From contig JALDZX010000047.1 in assembly GCA_022813865.1 (NCBI GenBank), forward strand, positions 62,001-126,000: 64,000 nucleotides of DNA, written 5' to 3'. Positions 11,617 to 24,621 of this stretch are shown in pieces. This stretch comes from Xylographa opegraphella. Taxonomy: Eukaryota. Under the pieces are notes generated by a model. It did not search any database. It was not told the origin of the DNA and saw nothing but the letters and a program-made list of their open reading frames with translations. Within the stretch, counting starts at the first letter, position 1, and every line of letters starts with the position of its first letter. The translations under genes and the position numbers were made by a program.

Positions 11617-13145
11617 AAATGTCCCACAAGAGTCACCTGGCGTTCCGGCGCTTCGCCCAAATCCTGGAAGCGTGGGGGACATCGTCAAATCCCTGCAGTC
11701 CCACGAAGTCCCTATGCAAACCCAAAGTTTCACTTGTTCTCAAATCCTTGCGCGCCGGTTTCCTATCCGATATATCAACTTTCTCGGACGTATACCATTT
11801 CTTCCCTTTCACTGGCCCCCTAGAAATCGTTCCTGCACGGGTCAAAGTCTAGGTACCGTCCGCTCATGAGATAAAAACTCTTCTAGGGTGGAACAACACT
11901 GCTTCAAGTAAGGGCCATATGTGCCAATTGATAAGTTATCAATTCGTAAGAATACTTATTGGTCAAGGCAGGCCAGAGCGCTTCGCAAGGAATGATCTTA
12001 ACACCCAGTGGACTTTGAATCTTCTTGAGGCGAAGACGTTGCACATCGCAGATCGGCGTCGAGGCTGTTGTTTTCCCTTTATGTCGGCCCTACATTTCGG
12101 ATGACAGACTGGCAGCGACGGTGCCGCGTGTACGTGAATGGTACAGAGGAAATATGTATGCTGCAAGAAGAAACGCGAGATGGAAACTTCTGAATCTTTT
12201 TTCCACAAAGACATAAGCAATTAGTCAGATCGGGAATGAGTCGTCCCAAGTGGAGCCCATTTCGTGATTTTTCATTTAAAAGAGAATGTAGCCAACCCTG
12301 TACCAAAAGTAGTCTACAGATTATAGATATAAGTCCAGCAGCGTACCGCAATCACAGATCCTCTGCGGGTTTGCATTGTTCATATGTAAAAGTCACGAAC
12401 GCCCCTATTGCGGCTGTTGGCGCAGATGGAAAAAAAGACCTTTCGACGTTAGATACATTGCCGGCACAATTTCCGTGAATACGAAAAATCCTACTACACG
12501 TCGGTCCACTTGGGAGGCGATCCTTGATGGGTTTGCCATCGGTTGCAATTGGAAAACATCAAAACGTGAGCGCGAGAAAAACAAGTGAAGAAAATGAATC
12601 ATGTGAAGCGCGGTCCTTGTGCAGAATTATAATACATCCACGGCCGCTATGCCAGCCTCACTTAGCGAGGGGACAGTACATACAGATCGACGAACATACA
12701 GCAAATATACAGCAAACATATTCTCGATGGCCACCTCCCATCTTCACCCTTCACACACCATTCCGCCCCGCCAAGCCCGGCGCAGCCCTACAAAATACCC
12801 GCTTCACGCCCTTCCTTCGTCCGGACCGCAGTGATCCTTCGCGCCCCCATCAATCGCCTCTGGCTCACGATTGCACTCAGCGCAGCAAGAGGCACGTCCG
12901 CAGAGCATGCGGCGGGCGCTCATGCACGCTGCGGATGGGGTGCGGAGCACGGGCTGAGGGCTTGGGGGGAGCTCACATAAGAGGACTGGAGCTGCGCTGC
13001 TCTTGAGATCGACCGTTCTGCGCTTCACGGGATCGCGAAACGGAATCTATCTTCGAAGCGGCGTTTGGGGTCTTTTTGGGGAACCTTGGTTTTCTGCTGG
13101 CGCTTCTTCGAGTGCACATCCCCCCCTTGCCCGTCGCACTCCACG

Positions 13146-13847
13146 ATGCCTGCACCAGCCAGCGGCCAGGCCACCTTCCACAACCTCCACCTCACCGGCA
13201 CGGTCGCCCTCTACACGCCCCTCCGCTTCCAGAGCACGGTGTTTACCTTCCTCGGCATCGTCCTCCTCCTCGTCGGCAGGGCCAAGCTCGACTGGTACAA
13301 CAGCACCGGCAGCGGCATTATCACCTTCCCTCTGATCTTCCTCTCCCTCTCACTCTTCACCCACATCGTTGCCGCTGCGCACTACACGTTCACGGAACTC
13401 GCCGGCGTCGAATGGGCGCCGTCGGATCTGCGGATGCGCCCCGACTCGCTGTGGCGTATAGCGGAGCGGCTGGAGGATGTCAAGCGGCCGGACGCGCGGG
13501 TGCTCAGAGTGGCGTGTGGAGGAGCGGGACTGGGAATGGCGTCCGGGGCGCTGCTGGTGGCGCGCTTTCCGATGTGCAATAAGTTGATGATCGCAGGGGT
13601 CGTGATGACGTTCTTGACGGCGTGAGTGCCTGAGTGCGTTGTGGGACAGGCACGGAAGGGGCTTGCTGATACCCAGGATAGGGCGATACATATCCTGCTT
13701 GCTGTCTTGCCCGAGAATGAGTATCGCTGGACGCTGACGCTCGGGGATGAAGACCGGGAGAGGCAACTCAGGGGTGGGCATGTGCGGTTGGTGGACGAAG
13801 AACCCGATGAAGAGTTCATCGGTTTGAGGTCGATGTCGATGGTATAG
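13146..13847 (+). CDS. Hypothetical multi-pass membrane protein
   Basis: ATG at 13146; strong codon bias; about 4 hydrophobic segments. A GTGAGT donor at 13622 can splice to a TAG near 13681 and continue AIHILLAVLPENEYRW to the stop at 13847. Confidence 0.55.
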
Positions 13848-14843
13848 GGGCACACCCCACGATATGCCGAGAGCAGCGAAGGTTACGATACCCAGGGCGA
13901 GTATATAGAAATCGCCTATTGTGTACAATCCTCTCTGTCGGTGTTTATTGCAGACGAAAATTTGTCGCTGGGGCCGTCGGCTACACATTCGCACCCACCG
14001 TAAGGTTTTATTCAGGTTGATGCTAGTTGACAAAGCTGTATATATCGGACCGTACTCATATCCGGTGACTACTTCCAAACGCGGAGGTCTTTGCAGCCAA
14101 CGAGAAGCAAGTTGCATAGCTCTGCGCGAAACGAGAACCAAGATTCCATGAAAGTCCGCACCTGATCCATGCTCTTCGTACACAATCGCAGAGCGCATGC
14201 GCATGCTTTTCCTTCTTGTCTCTCCCAAGGGGAAAACCGCCTTTTGAGCGCGGTTGACTACTTTACAATGCTAGACCCACCACAAAGGACCATCTCGAGG
14301 TCTTGCGATGATGGCCTCCTAGCATTGACTCTCTTCACGAACGAAGGCGCAAGCTTCTATAATCCGCCGGTATCCTGCCCAGCAAAACGACCGGTTCGTG
14401 CTTCGTTCGTGCTTCATAAGCTACCAGGGAGCCCGATGACTAAGCCTTGTATGGAGCTCGCAACTCACTGTCTTCTCACAGATCCAGACGAAGTCCTTAA
14501 TGCTTAAAATAAGGCTCGGACAAGTCTTCTCAATATGGTCGGCCGCTCCAATGAACATTATGTTTGCGTAATGGCAGTAACCCTCGTCGATGGGATATGT
14601 TGGAGAATCGAGAATAATTTCATCGAGCGCACATCCATCCAGGGAAAGCCAAGTCCGTATTTGAGGCTGACTGTGTGGCAGAGTTTGCGGTAGGCTGGCC
14701 TCTCTGATCAGTCTATTGAAGCTGTACGAGGTCGCCCCCTTTTTTCTTCCTGGAGCCTCCATCTCGTGGAGGTAGAAACTTTCGGACAACAGATATGTCG
14801 CAATGCATATCATACCGGAAGTTTTCATACTCGGCAGAGTCCT

Positions 14844-16055
14844 TCAATCAGCGGTCATATCCAGGACCTCGATCTTGACGACTTTCCGACGCTTATATTC
14901 CCGCTCATTCTCTTTGGCGTCTCGCTCACGCTTCACTGTCGTCCCGGTACTTGCGTGGCTCGTGGGTATGATGGGTTCGGCCCTGATAGCTAAGCTGCGC
15001 TCAAGGAGTGCAATCGAGCCTGGCAATAGATCAGTCAGAACATTGGTGGACAACTGAATTGGGTCAATATACTCGGAGTTCCTTTATCTCTTCAGCCGGG
15101 TCAGGGGTAGCTACAACAGGTGGTGTAGCCGGTGAAGCATTTGAGAGCCGGCTAGTGCTGACGACGTTTCTGATCAATGGTTGTGGTGATGGTGTTCTGG
15201 GAATGTAACCCAGCATCTGAAGTGCCTCTGATGTCGGTCAACCACTGCAACTTTGCCATGGGGCAGATCCCACCTACTTCGAGACCTGTAAAGAATGTGA
15301 AACTTAATGGGCAGTCCTGGTTGTCCAGGAAGGGATGCGAAACACCAGGGGTTCTCAAGAGGGGCTGCACAACTAGGTCCTGCAACAGACCTACGAGGAG
15401 TATAAGTACGATAGCAGATCGATTGAATATAGGACATACTTGATGGTGTTTGATATGGCTTTGCCCTTAAGCAGCGTCTCGGATACCTGGTCAAGTCCCC
15501 CTGACTGCTGCGTATAGTTTTCCGGACAAGTAAAGACCCGTCTATCTCTCTTGACACGTTTCACAGTAACTTCTATCGACCCCAGCTTCTTGACCGTTTC
15601 CGCAAGTAAAGGTGTAGTAGATGTAGAATCTTCTGTTGACCCCAGTCGTCAGCATCTCATAAGTTTGTAACGGAAGGCCGCCACCCACGCAAGTGTAAGT
15701 CCTGGAAGATGAACTCGGGATGTTTCCACTGTTGGCTCTGTATGTCGTATTGCGGGTACTCTCCGAAGTCAAATGAGTGATTCCGGTGGCAGAGGAAAAA
15801 GTATTCCTGTTGACAGAAGACAACCCGGGGCTCTCCACCGTCATATGCTAGGTGGACCTCAACCCCGTCACCGTCACACATCAGAAAACGATCGGTCAAG
15901 GTTACTTTGACCGAGAATCTAACGCCAGTCACTGCTTCCACATAAGCATGCCTCTCGCATTGGATCGCGGAGTTGTCCGGTGCTGGATCTGTATATATCG
16001 GCAGACATTTCCCTTGCGAAATAATCTCAACCCGAACACCTTTCCGATGCACCAT
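14844..16055 (-). CDS. DUF7918-like protein, tandem copy A (probable 1-nt frameshift in last exon)
   Basis: YVEAVTGVRFSV, LGSIEVTVKR, SETLLKGKAISNTI, ILYRSR, LQMLGYIPRTPSP; 5 exons. The last exon reads ARLHSLSAA* after the phase-0 splice, while the homologous IALLE...VKRER...IEVLDMTAD lies in a shifted frame. Confidence 0.75.
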
Positions 16056-16737
16056 TCTCGTAGTGCCAGTCTGACAAATGGCGGGTATATGTATGAGCTT
16101 CTTTCTGGTTTTATGTGCGGGTACGTGGGTACGCAATAGGGGTACAAGTTGCAATCGACTTCGCAGACAGCAAAAAAGCCAAGTACACCAGCTATTGCAC
16201 AAAAGACAATTTTTTCAACTGTAGAATTGATTGCTGTTCGATCGAGCGTAGGTAGGAAGCTCTTCGCGTCCTGTAGAAGCTGTGCGATTCGTGAGGCTTT
16301 GCGTGGAGGTAATGTTGCGCGATGCAATTGTGACGAAACTGAGACACGAGTGCCGGTTTCACGCTATCACGTGAATCTTCTAACCCTTGATTACCTAGCG
16401 TAGCTACTGCATGTGCGTCTCTCCTCTGATAGGCACTCCGTACCACCTTGATATGTTGAGTGATACTTCCGATCATAGATTATTCGTTCTCTGCGCGAGC
16501 TTTCCAGCGCGAAGGAATTTCGGCAGCTTTTGAGATCTCCCACTGGTTGAATATATACAAAATTGCCGAACCCATCGCTGATTATTTACCAACCGGAAAC
16601 ACCTGCTATATACAAAATAATATGGTGTGGCGGGTGGTAGGAGTTCCGAAAGTGCCGGTCGATACACTGTGAGGCTTTTGCTCCCCGCAGCAAGGACTAC
16701 ACCAATGCAAGCGGTAGCCAATTCTGAGGGGATGAGT

Positions 16738-17958
16738 TCAGTCCGCCGCAAGATCCAAGACCTCTATAGCTCCTTCAAACTTCCGTCGCTTCTGCGCAGA
16801 ATCGTCGTCGATGTGAAGGTACTCGCGCTCGCGCTTGACGTGCCCGAGAGCACTTTGGCATAATATTGTATCCACAGGCTTCGAGTTGACGTTGAGATCA
16901 GGTTCGAGAAGAGCGAGGGGAGCCTGACGAGGTTAGCGAAATTTTCTAGAAGTGCAGAGACATGGAACGTACGCGATCATCCTTGATTTCTGGAGATGGG
17001 CTTGGAGAGATGTCGGAGAGGGTTGATTCCGCAGCGCCACTAGGGTGTACTCCAGAAGCGCTTGAAACGTCGATCCGTTTCACAAGTCGTATTGGCTCAA
17101 CTGACGGGATGCAGTCAAGCATCTGAAGAATCTCTATAGTCGACTCTTAGTATGTACTACACATGATTGACATTCCACTGACTTTTGGATCGGTAAAATA
17201 TCTCGATCTCAACCGGAACATGTGCAGAATCAGTTATCTCTTCATATTCGTACTCGCCAGCTCGTGGCGGCATGACATGATGTCCGGCAACGGTTCTGAA
17301 GAAAGACGTCAATTTGTGAAAATGGAAACACAAGTACCATGAAGACACACTTGATTGTATTCGAGAGAGCCCTCCCCTTTAATGCTTTCTCCGAAACTTC
17401 CCCTATGCTTTTCATTGCTCTGGGCTTTGAAAATCCCGAACGGTTACGCAGCATTTTCACCACATAGACCGCTCTGATCATGATCGACCCTAATTGGTCG
17501 ATCAATGCTGAAGAGGCTCCAGTATCGATGGATTCCTCTACCAAATAGTTAGATAGTGAAAAGACACCGACAGTAGATATACGTACTGATTTTCAGGTCG
17601 CCAAATTGGAAATAGCCCATTCTCCACTGTCTAGTTTCGGGGTCGCGCTGCCTTGAACCATTCACCATTTGGGAAGGATGCTTGCATTCTTCATACCATG
17701 TTGAATTAGAGCAGTTCCTCATGCCAGCCCATCTTCCGTCCAGCCAATATTCGATATTAAGACATCATCGCAGTCACCCCACGAGAAGTCCTCATCTAAG
17801 GTAGTTCGGATTACAAACTGTGCATCTGCAATGGCCTCAACGTAGAATCTCGGTGCCGTTGAGTTGCCCAACCCTTCTTCAGGGTCGTTGAATACTGGCA
17901 AACGTTGCCCCTTGACATATAAATCAGCAGTAAAGCCGTGTGACCGTGCCCTGTTCAT
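16738..17958 (-). pseudogene. DUF7918-like protein, tandem copy B (frameshift in exon 1)
   Basis: FYVEAIADAQFVI...DDV is followed by 5 nt (TTAAT, 17760-17756), then IEYWLDG...QWRMGYFQFGDLKI in another frame. Later exons carry SEKALKGRALSNTI, IFYRSK, LQMLDCIP and VKRERE...IEVLDLAAD*. Confidence 0.7.
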
Positions 17959-18840
17959 GTTGTGACCCAGACCACTTCCCACCGACCCTCTTCGTGTTTG
18001 CTTGTCTTTGCTAAACCCAAGAAAAACTGGCAGTATTAACAAAGTACTTGAGTTTGCATTGACTTTGCTTTATGGATCTTTTGTGGAAGATTGGAGGATT
18101 AGAAGTTGATATAGTCCAAATAATACCAACAAGGTAACCATCCTCTGTCAACTATCAACCGGATGCTACAAAGTGTCACCATCCAATGCGTTTGGAAGTC
18201 AAAAGCTCGGACCTCCGTCTGTGCTGGTACCTGCATTAGCGCAACGCGTCCCAAAAAATTAGTAGCGTGCCCCAGAAATTGCTGACACGTCCCACACAGC
18301 TGCAATATGCGCTAATAATGCTGCTAAAAACTCGATAAGCCGAATTATACGCTCAGCACTGCGAAAGCTCAAAGAGAAGCGGAGATGGAAACATATGATA
18401 CCATAAGAATAGTAACATTGGAGGACTTTTTCAGCACCCAGTATCCCATTCTGAACCAGCAAAAGCTCTGTCTGATGAGCATTATATTCCCAATATATTT
18501 CCAAGGGTAGATACATGACCGACTTGCATATCCCGAATGTATGTAGTGAATGCGCATCCCCACAAAAAACTGTTGCAGCATATGCCTCGACATATTGGAC
18601 ATGCACATAACTGATTGTGCCCAAAATGAATATCATCCGAGACACCGCCTGCGCCCATGTAAAAGACCTGGTACAACCTGCTTCTGATAGGAAGCCGAAG
18701 CAAATGAATCGCTCTGAAATGTAAAACGTGGACAAAGTACCAGCGGTGAGAACCAGAACCTGACCGAGTCCAGGCCTCCGAATACAGCATCGAACCAGAC
18801 GCAGAGCCATCCGGATATCAAAGATGCGCAGCCAACTACG

Positions 18841-20052
18841 TCAGTCATCTGTCAAATCCACTACCTCAATAGGACCTGATTTTCTTGGTCGCTTGCGTTC
18901 CCATACTATCTCAATGTCGGTTCCTTCACGCTTCACTCTTCTGGCAGGAGTAGACGAGTCTCCGCATGGATGTAGGGGTTCTGACTTGATATTCCTGTTC
19001 TGTTCCAATATGGCAAGTCGGGCCTATAGAATCTGTCAACTATACAAATTCACAGCGGAGAACGACAATAAGATCTCACGCGGAGGTTGCGAATCTCCTG
19101 GTCCGAATCAGTGGTGACTGCAGGTGTACCCCTAGCGGAAGAGAAACCTTGCTCGGACCGAGTCGTCGGCTCCAAGGAGGTCCCAGGTGATGGCGTTCTC
19201 GGGATACAGCCAAGCATTTGCAAGACATCTATAGTACATGTCAGTTCATGCGTCAGTCCTACGACTGGATGGCTAACGTCTGGATCGGTACAGGATATCA
19301 ATGCAGATATGTCGGCCATCAGGACCTGTTAGTGGTGCGTGGTCTTGTTTCTTGATGTTGCTCTCGATGAGATCACCGACGACCATACTGAAGTCTCGTT
19401 AATTGCGCAGGGTTTGGGGGGTGTTGAAAATACAATGTACCCAACAGTGTTGGTCACAGCTTTCCCCTTCAGTGCTTTCTCCGGCATGGAGCTCACTCGT
19501 TCACCAATCTCATCCTTTCTGAAGTTAGTCCAGGATTTCGAGGGGAGCAGTTTCGCGCGCTGGATGTCGACTCGAATCGTGCCAAGTTGGTCGATGTGGG
19601 GTGGCATTACATTCACTTCATCCGACTCTTCTGCGATAATTATCAGAGGATCCGAGCTTCTAGAAAACAGGAGGCTCACGCAACTCCAGGTGACCGAAGA
19701 TGAATTCCGCCTTTCTGAACAGCTTCTTCTCGGGATCATATCGACGGACATAGTACAAGACTTTAGATGATGATTTTCCGTTGCGCAGCCATTGCTCCTG
19801 GCGGAACATCCAGTAGTACTTCTTCCCGCCATCGAAACCGAGTCCAAGATTCGCACCTGTCCCAGAGAGCCATTCGAAGTCTTCGGTCAGGGTGATTCGA
19901 ATGTAGAATTTCGCATTCGTAATAGCTTCGATGTAGAAGCATCGCTTCTCGGTCAAGTCAAGTACATCATGCACTATGTCCGGATTCTGGTAGAATGGTA
20001 ATGTACGGCCGTCTGAAATCACTTCCAGCTTCACACCCTGCACCAACGCCAT
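18841..20052 (-). CDS. DUF7918-like protein, tandem copy C (intact)
   Basis: FYIEAITNAKFYI, LGTIRVDIQR, PEKALKGKAVTNTV, ILYRSR, LQMLGCIPRTPSP, ARLAILE, VKRE...RKRPRK...IEVVDLTDD*. Four GT-AG introns, all phases compatible. Confidence 0.85.
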
Positions 20053-21444
20053 TTCAAGGAGCTCCCTGTTTGCAAGGTCGAGATTCAAGAGGAGCGGACC
20101 GTCGCGGTTCAGTTATGCGGAGTTTTCTGTTGAGAACTTGTTGTCGGCTCACAGCCTCACTGGTGACATTCGAGATAAATATAGATCGGTCGTCCGCCTC
20201 GGCTACCTACCTTGCCTCCACTAGCGCAGCACGTCTGACGAAGAACGGCTACCCGGGCATGCTTCCACGGATTCGGCCTTGTCATGAATGGCCTTCAAAA
20301 CTCCAACTTAACCACATATCGAACGTTAGTCATACTAAGAATTTCGTACGGTAGATCTACCGTACCCAAACAAAAAGTGCCGGCCCTCAATGCCCAGCGT
20401 GACCACAAACCCTCGACTGAGGTTGCCATGGAGAGCTGGTGGACAGGCATTTGCACCCCGGCGTAGCGAGTTCAGAGCTATCTTATGCGGCGCGAAGAAG
20501 CTGCGTGTAGATTCCATGGTAAGCCAATACCATACCTAGACAGCAACTCCGATCTGCACAGCTGTCAAAACTTACTGCAAACTCCGTCGCGGAAAGTCCT
20601 CGTTGTATTCCCGCTAAAGGAAGGCCCCACGCTAGCTGACGCCCCGGAAGCGTTCCCGCATTAGGGTCGCACGTGCCACATCCACACTTCCTTGGGGTCC
20701 GTGCTTTAGCTTTTGCGGGAGAGGGTTCGTGCACGGCGGGTTCATCGCATTGGGGGGAGGGTTACATTCGCGTGTCAGATCTCTGCTCTGCGTAGGGAGG
20801 AGTACTATTTTCGGGAACCTCTGCCTTGCGCCAGACATATGGCCACTGGTCGGCGATGACGGCTTCTATGCTGCAAGTTGTGGAGGCTACATACAGAGCG
20901 TATGGTAAGGTATCCACTGGTTTCACATCAGGGGACAGGGCGCATCACCATCTTCATAAAACAAGTCACCATATGGAGCGAGACGACTCCTGTTTCCAGA
21001 AGTCAAAGGGCCAAAGGGGCTTTGCCTCCTCTACTGCGACATACATCAGAACCTCACTCAAATTCTATCCAAAACCCCATCTCATTCAAAATTCAAAAGC
21101 TCCCTCCTGTTTCAAAACTCAAGTTCGCACGACATGTGCTACGTTTTGAAAACGAACAAGGGACGCCACGCTTCAGATAATGGGGGATCGTCAAACATCG
21201 TGCTCGCATCTCATGAGCCATGAGAGAAATCTTTTTTGTGCAAACGTGAGGGGGCATTGATATTAGGCATGCGTGGTCAGAAGGGTATAATATATAGCGG
21301 AGAGAATAATTGGACACAGAAAGGGAGAGAGAACGGGGATTGTGGTTCGTAGATCGAGGACATTAAAGATCGCTGCGGGAGCAGGTGTGGTCGTGATTAC
21401 ATGTAAATTAGTTATGTCGTAAATGGGTGGGAGTGTTGTGGCAT

Positions 21445-23690
21445 CTAGGCGCTTCTGCGGCTTCCGACGACAGCGAGGATGATCTGAGAGTCGGTTAGCA
21501 ACGATATTTTGTGTCGTGTGAGAACAGTGGACGTACGATGGCAACGATTATGAGGATCCCGATGACGGACATGAAGCGGTTCATGATCCGCCAGTATCTG
21601 GCGTTCTCATAACGTGCTTGGTCGAACGGCCCCAGCGCCTTCTCGATGTCGTGCGCGATATTAGGCCCATTAGGCGAGGCGGGTGGTGTAGCTTGCGGGG
21701 GACGTGGAAGTGGGAGGAAAGCAGCGATCATCCAGGCTAATGATTGTTAGATAGCGGTTAGAAGGGAGTCACGAGCAGACCAACCAGGTGCGAAGATGAA
21801 ACCCAAAACGAAGAGCCAGATCTGCACATTGCGACGCGTCAACGCTGCTCCCTCGGCGGATTCGTCCAGACTTGGGGCTATGAATATTGTTCTCCGGTCA
21901 GCGGCGCTTCGACGATCGTGCCATAGATGAGGCGACCATGATGGGCTGATTTTCCTCCGTGGTGAACCGTGGATTTCGACCACCACCTCGGGATTCGGAA
22001 TCGACGTGATGCCCATGGAGTCGCGGTTCGAGCTTGCGGTGTTGATCTCCCGAGGTCGAGTGCGAGATCTGAAAATGCCGTAAGGGAAGGAATTTTGCGA
22101 TTCGTGAGTCGGAGGCCGACTACTCTCCGTTGGTTCTGACGCTGTGACCGGCCGGAGGTTTCGGCCCTCTTGCGCGTAGTAAATCCTTTGATTAGAGTCA
22201 GTGTTTGCGTTATCATACATGTTTAGGGCCCGCTGCCGGTTCCCGTGACGGTGGAAGTACCTCGCCCAAGCTGGAATGCTGTCTCTGAGAAAACTTCCCC
22301 TCGATCCTGCACCAGTCCGTGTCATACTATAGTGACTGTTCCGGCTTTGTGTTCTTTCTGCGGAAGGTAAATTGAAGAAACTTGATGTTTGACCTCCAAG
22401 GACGGGTGATGGCAGATCTGAAATATTGTCTCCTTCTTCGTTCACGACTCGAATTGTCGAGTTGGTCACGTCCCTAGACCTTGTGAATGCTACCAGAGGT
22501 GGCACAGGAGGGTAATAGGAGGAGATTGAGGATCCGTCGACCGCCAAGGATGAAGTGACACTGGTTACTCGCTGCTGACGGGCTTCATCACTACCGCTAC
22601 TCCTCTCGTCTGTTCCTTCTGAATGTATAGTCGACAGGTGTGAGTTTCGTTGTTCCTCCGCAGAACGTTCACTCATGCCAACAGGACGCCTTGGTATCTT
22701 GTAGCTGGATCCCGCGTAAGACCTAGACGCCGTAGGGGCGCGGATCACTGGGTACTGAAGAGCGGGTGGGCTGTGGCCGATCACAGTACTCGACGGTGCA
22801 TAGGTGGGAGACTCATAGACACGCTGTGGCGGGGTGGGAAAGTCGATCGAGCTCGGCGAGAGTGGCGACACTGGTGACGTTGGGGACGTCGACGACACCG
22901 GGGATAGTGAAACCCGCTTGGCATCTGGCTCGGGCTCTGGCTCTAGGAGCCGCGGTGGTGTGGGCAGAGATCGTGTGGATCTAGATGAACCGGGTCTGCT
23001 CTGTCCAGGAAATAAAGCATAAGATCCTCGAGGAGGCGGGCCCCGGACCGATCTCCTCACAACAGTGTCACTAGACCCCGCCGAGTCAAGCGACAATTGC
23101 GAAGCCACCGATGCTATCGCTCGGAGACTGGCTCGATGGTCGTTGCTGGGGGTATTCGGGATTGACGTGAGGCTTCGATCCCTGCCATCTCTGCTCCCAT
23201 ACACGCTTGGGAGCTGCACAATTTCATCTGAGGCTCGTTCGTCATGCACTATGTCTCCATCCATGTCCAGGCGATCCACGCCTACGTTGGATGGAGACTC
23301 AAAGGTTTGTGGCGGTTCCTTCTCGAAATGCGACGAAGGCGATTCAGTAGCGGTCTGCGGTAGTTCCGAATCGGATCCATTATGTGCAGAACTTTGTCGC
23401 CGGCCGTGGTCCGGCCGACTTATAGGATCCGATGTTCTGGGAGCCTGAGGTGTTGCGGCAGTTGGCTGACTCGCGGATGAAACACTAACATCATGCTCAA
23501 ACAGCTTCCGGCCCCGAGGCGAGAGAATCTGGGACTCGTGTGTCGGGAACGGAGTACTCGCATAGATTTTGGCGTCTGAGTCTCCGACGACTCGCAAGCT
23601 CGGTGCCGTGACCTCGTTCGCATGAGAGTCACTCCTCTCATGGAGGGCTCGACGTTTGGGCGATCGTCTTAGGCGAGGAGGAGAGCTCAT
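21445..23690 (-). CDS. Conserved fungal serine-rich protein with C-terminal transmembrane segments
   Basis: RRALHERS N-terminus; IPAWAR/IYY; WSPHLWHDRR; VQIWLFVLGFIFAP-AWMIAAFLPLP; YENARYWRIMNRFMSVIG. Introns at 22186..22260, about 21740-21785 and about 21484-21536. Confidence 0.85.
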
Positions 23691-24621
23691 CCTTTGCGCA
23701 ATGTTCCTTGCATAACGTCGTGGCGTTCATGCAGAGGGTTAATTTCGGGACTGGATATCGCCGAGGCCTGATCAAAGGATCATGCTGATGCGATACCGAG
23801 ATGTCGCGGAACGGGTGGTTTATTGCTAATGTTCGTGAGAAAGCCTGTTGAGGAGTGTTGGTAGAATGAGTGTGAGCTGTCCTGAGGACTGCAAAAACGA
23901 GAAAAGTGCGATTACAAAAGATTGTAAAAGAATGTGCCGAAAGAGAAAATGAGATTGGAAAGGAGTGTGAATGATTGCGAGGGAAAGAAGGTGAGAATTA
24001 AGTAAATGCGATAAACGATTGTCACGAATAATGCGCCGCTGCCACGGTGGTGGGATGTATGCTTAAGGGGGCGGTCGGCGGTGAAGTTAGTTAGCTGCCA
24101 ACCCCCTGCCCGGAGATTTCGACTTTTCGTGGGAGGCGGGCTGCTGATTCGACGTGGCTGCAGATACTCCCTAATACATCAGGTAAAGTGCTTGTTGGGA
24201 GAGAGCCAACCTGCTGGACTTGTTCCTGCGATGCGGTAGAGACTCGTTTTGTACTCCGTAGAAAAAGAATGAGGCACAAAATATGACAGCTGCTCGTCCA
24301 TATCGATGAGGGGCATTTCTCTTATCGACACGGTCCCGTTATCCAGACGCGTCCGTATCCATCGGACATTCGCGTGCAAATATTAATAGATTGGAAATGA
24401 AATGGCCTGGTGGGAGCCGTGCTTCGCTGTCGTGAGCCCCGCCTTAGCGGCAGCAACGTTGAGGCCAATGACCAGAGCCGCCACAACTCAATCTCCTACA
24501 AGGGGGGCTTTTTGGTCTGTGTCTCCTGTCTCCTTGACTGTTCAACCATCTTTGTCTGGCTGACTGGCTCTCAATGCGGACGCTTCACTTTTATCATTCG
24601 CGCCTAGACTGACGGCTGGCC

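Noticed and set aside
14421..14828. 135-aa ORF just downstream of copy A
   Set aside because: No recognisable homology or splice support.
18259..18810. 183-aa minus-strand ORF between copies B and C
   Set aside because: No motif or codon bias; probably spurious.
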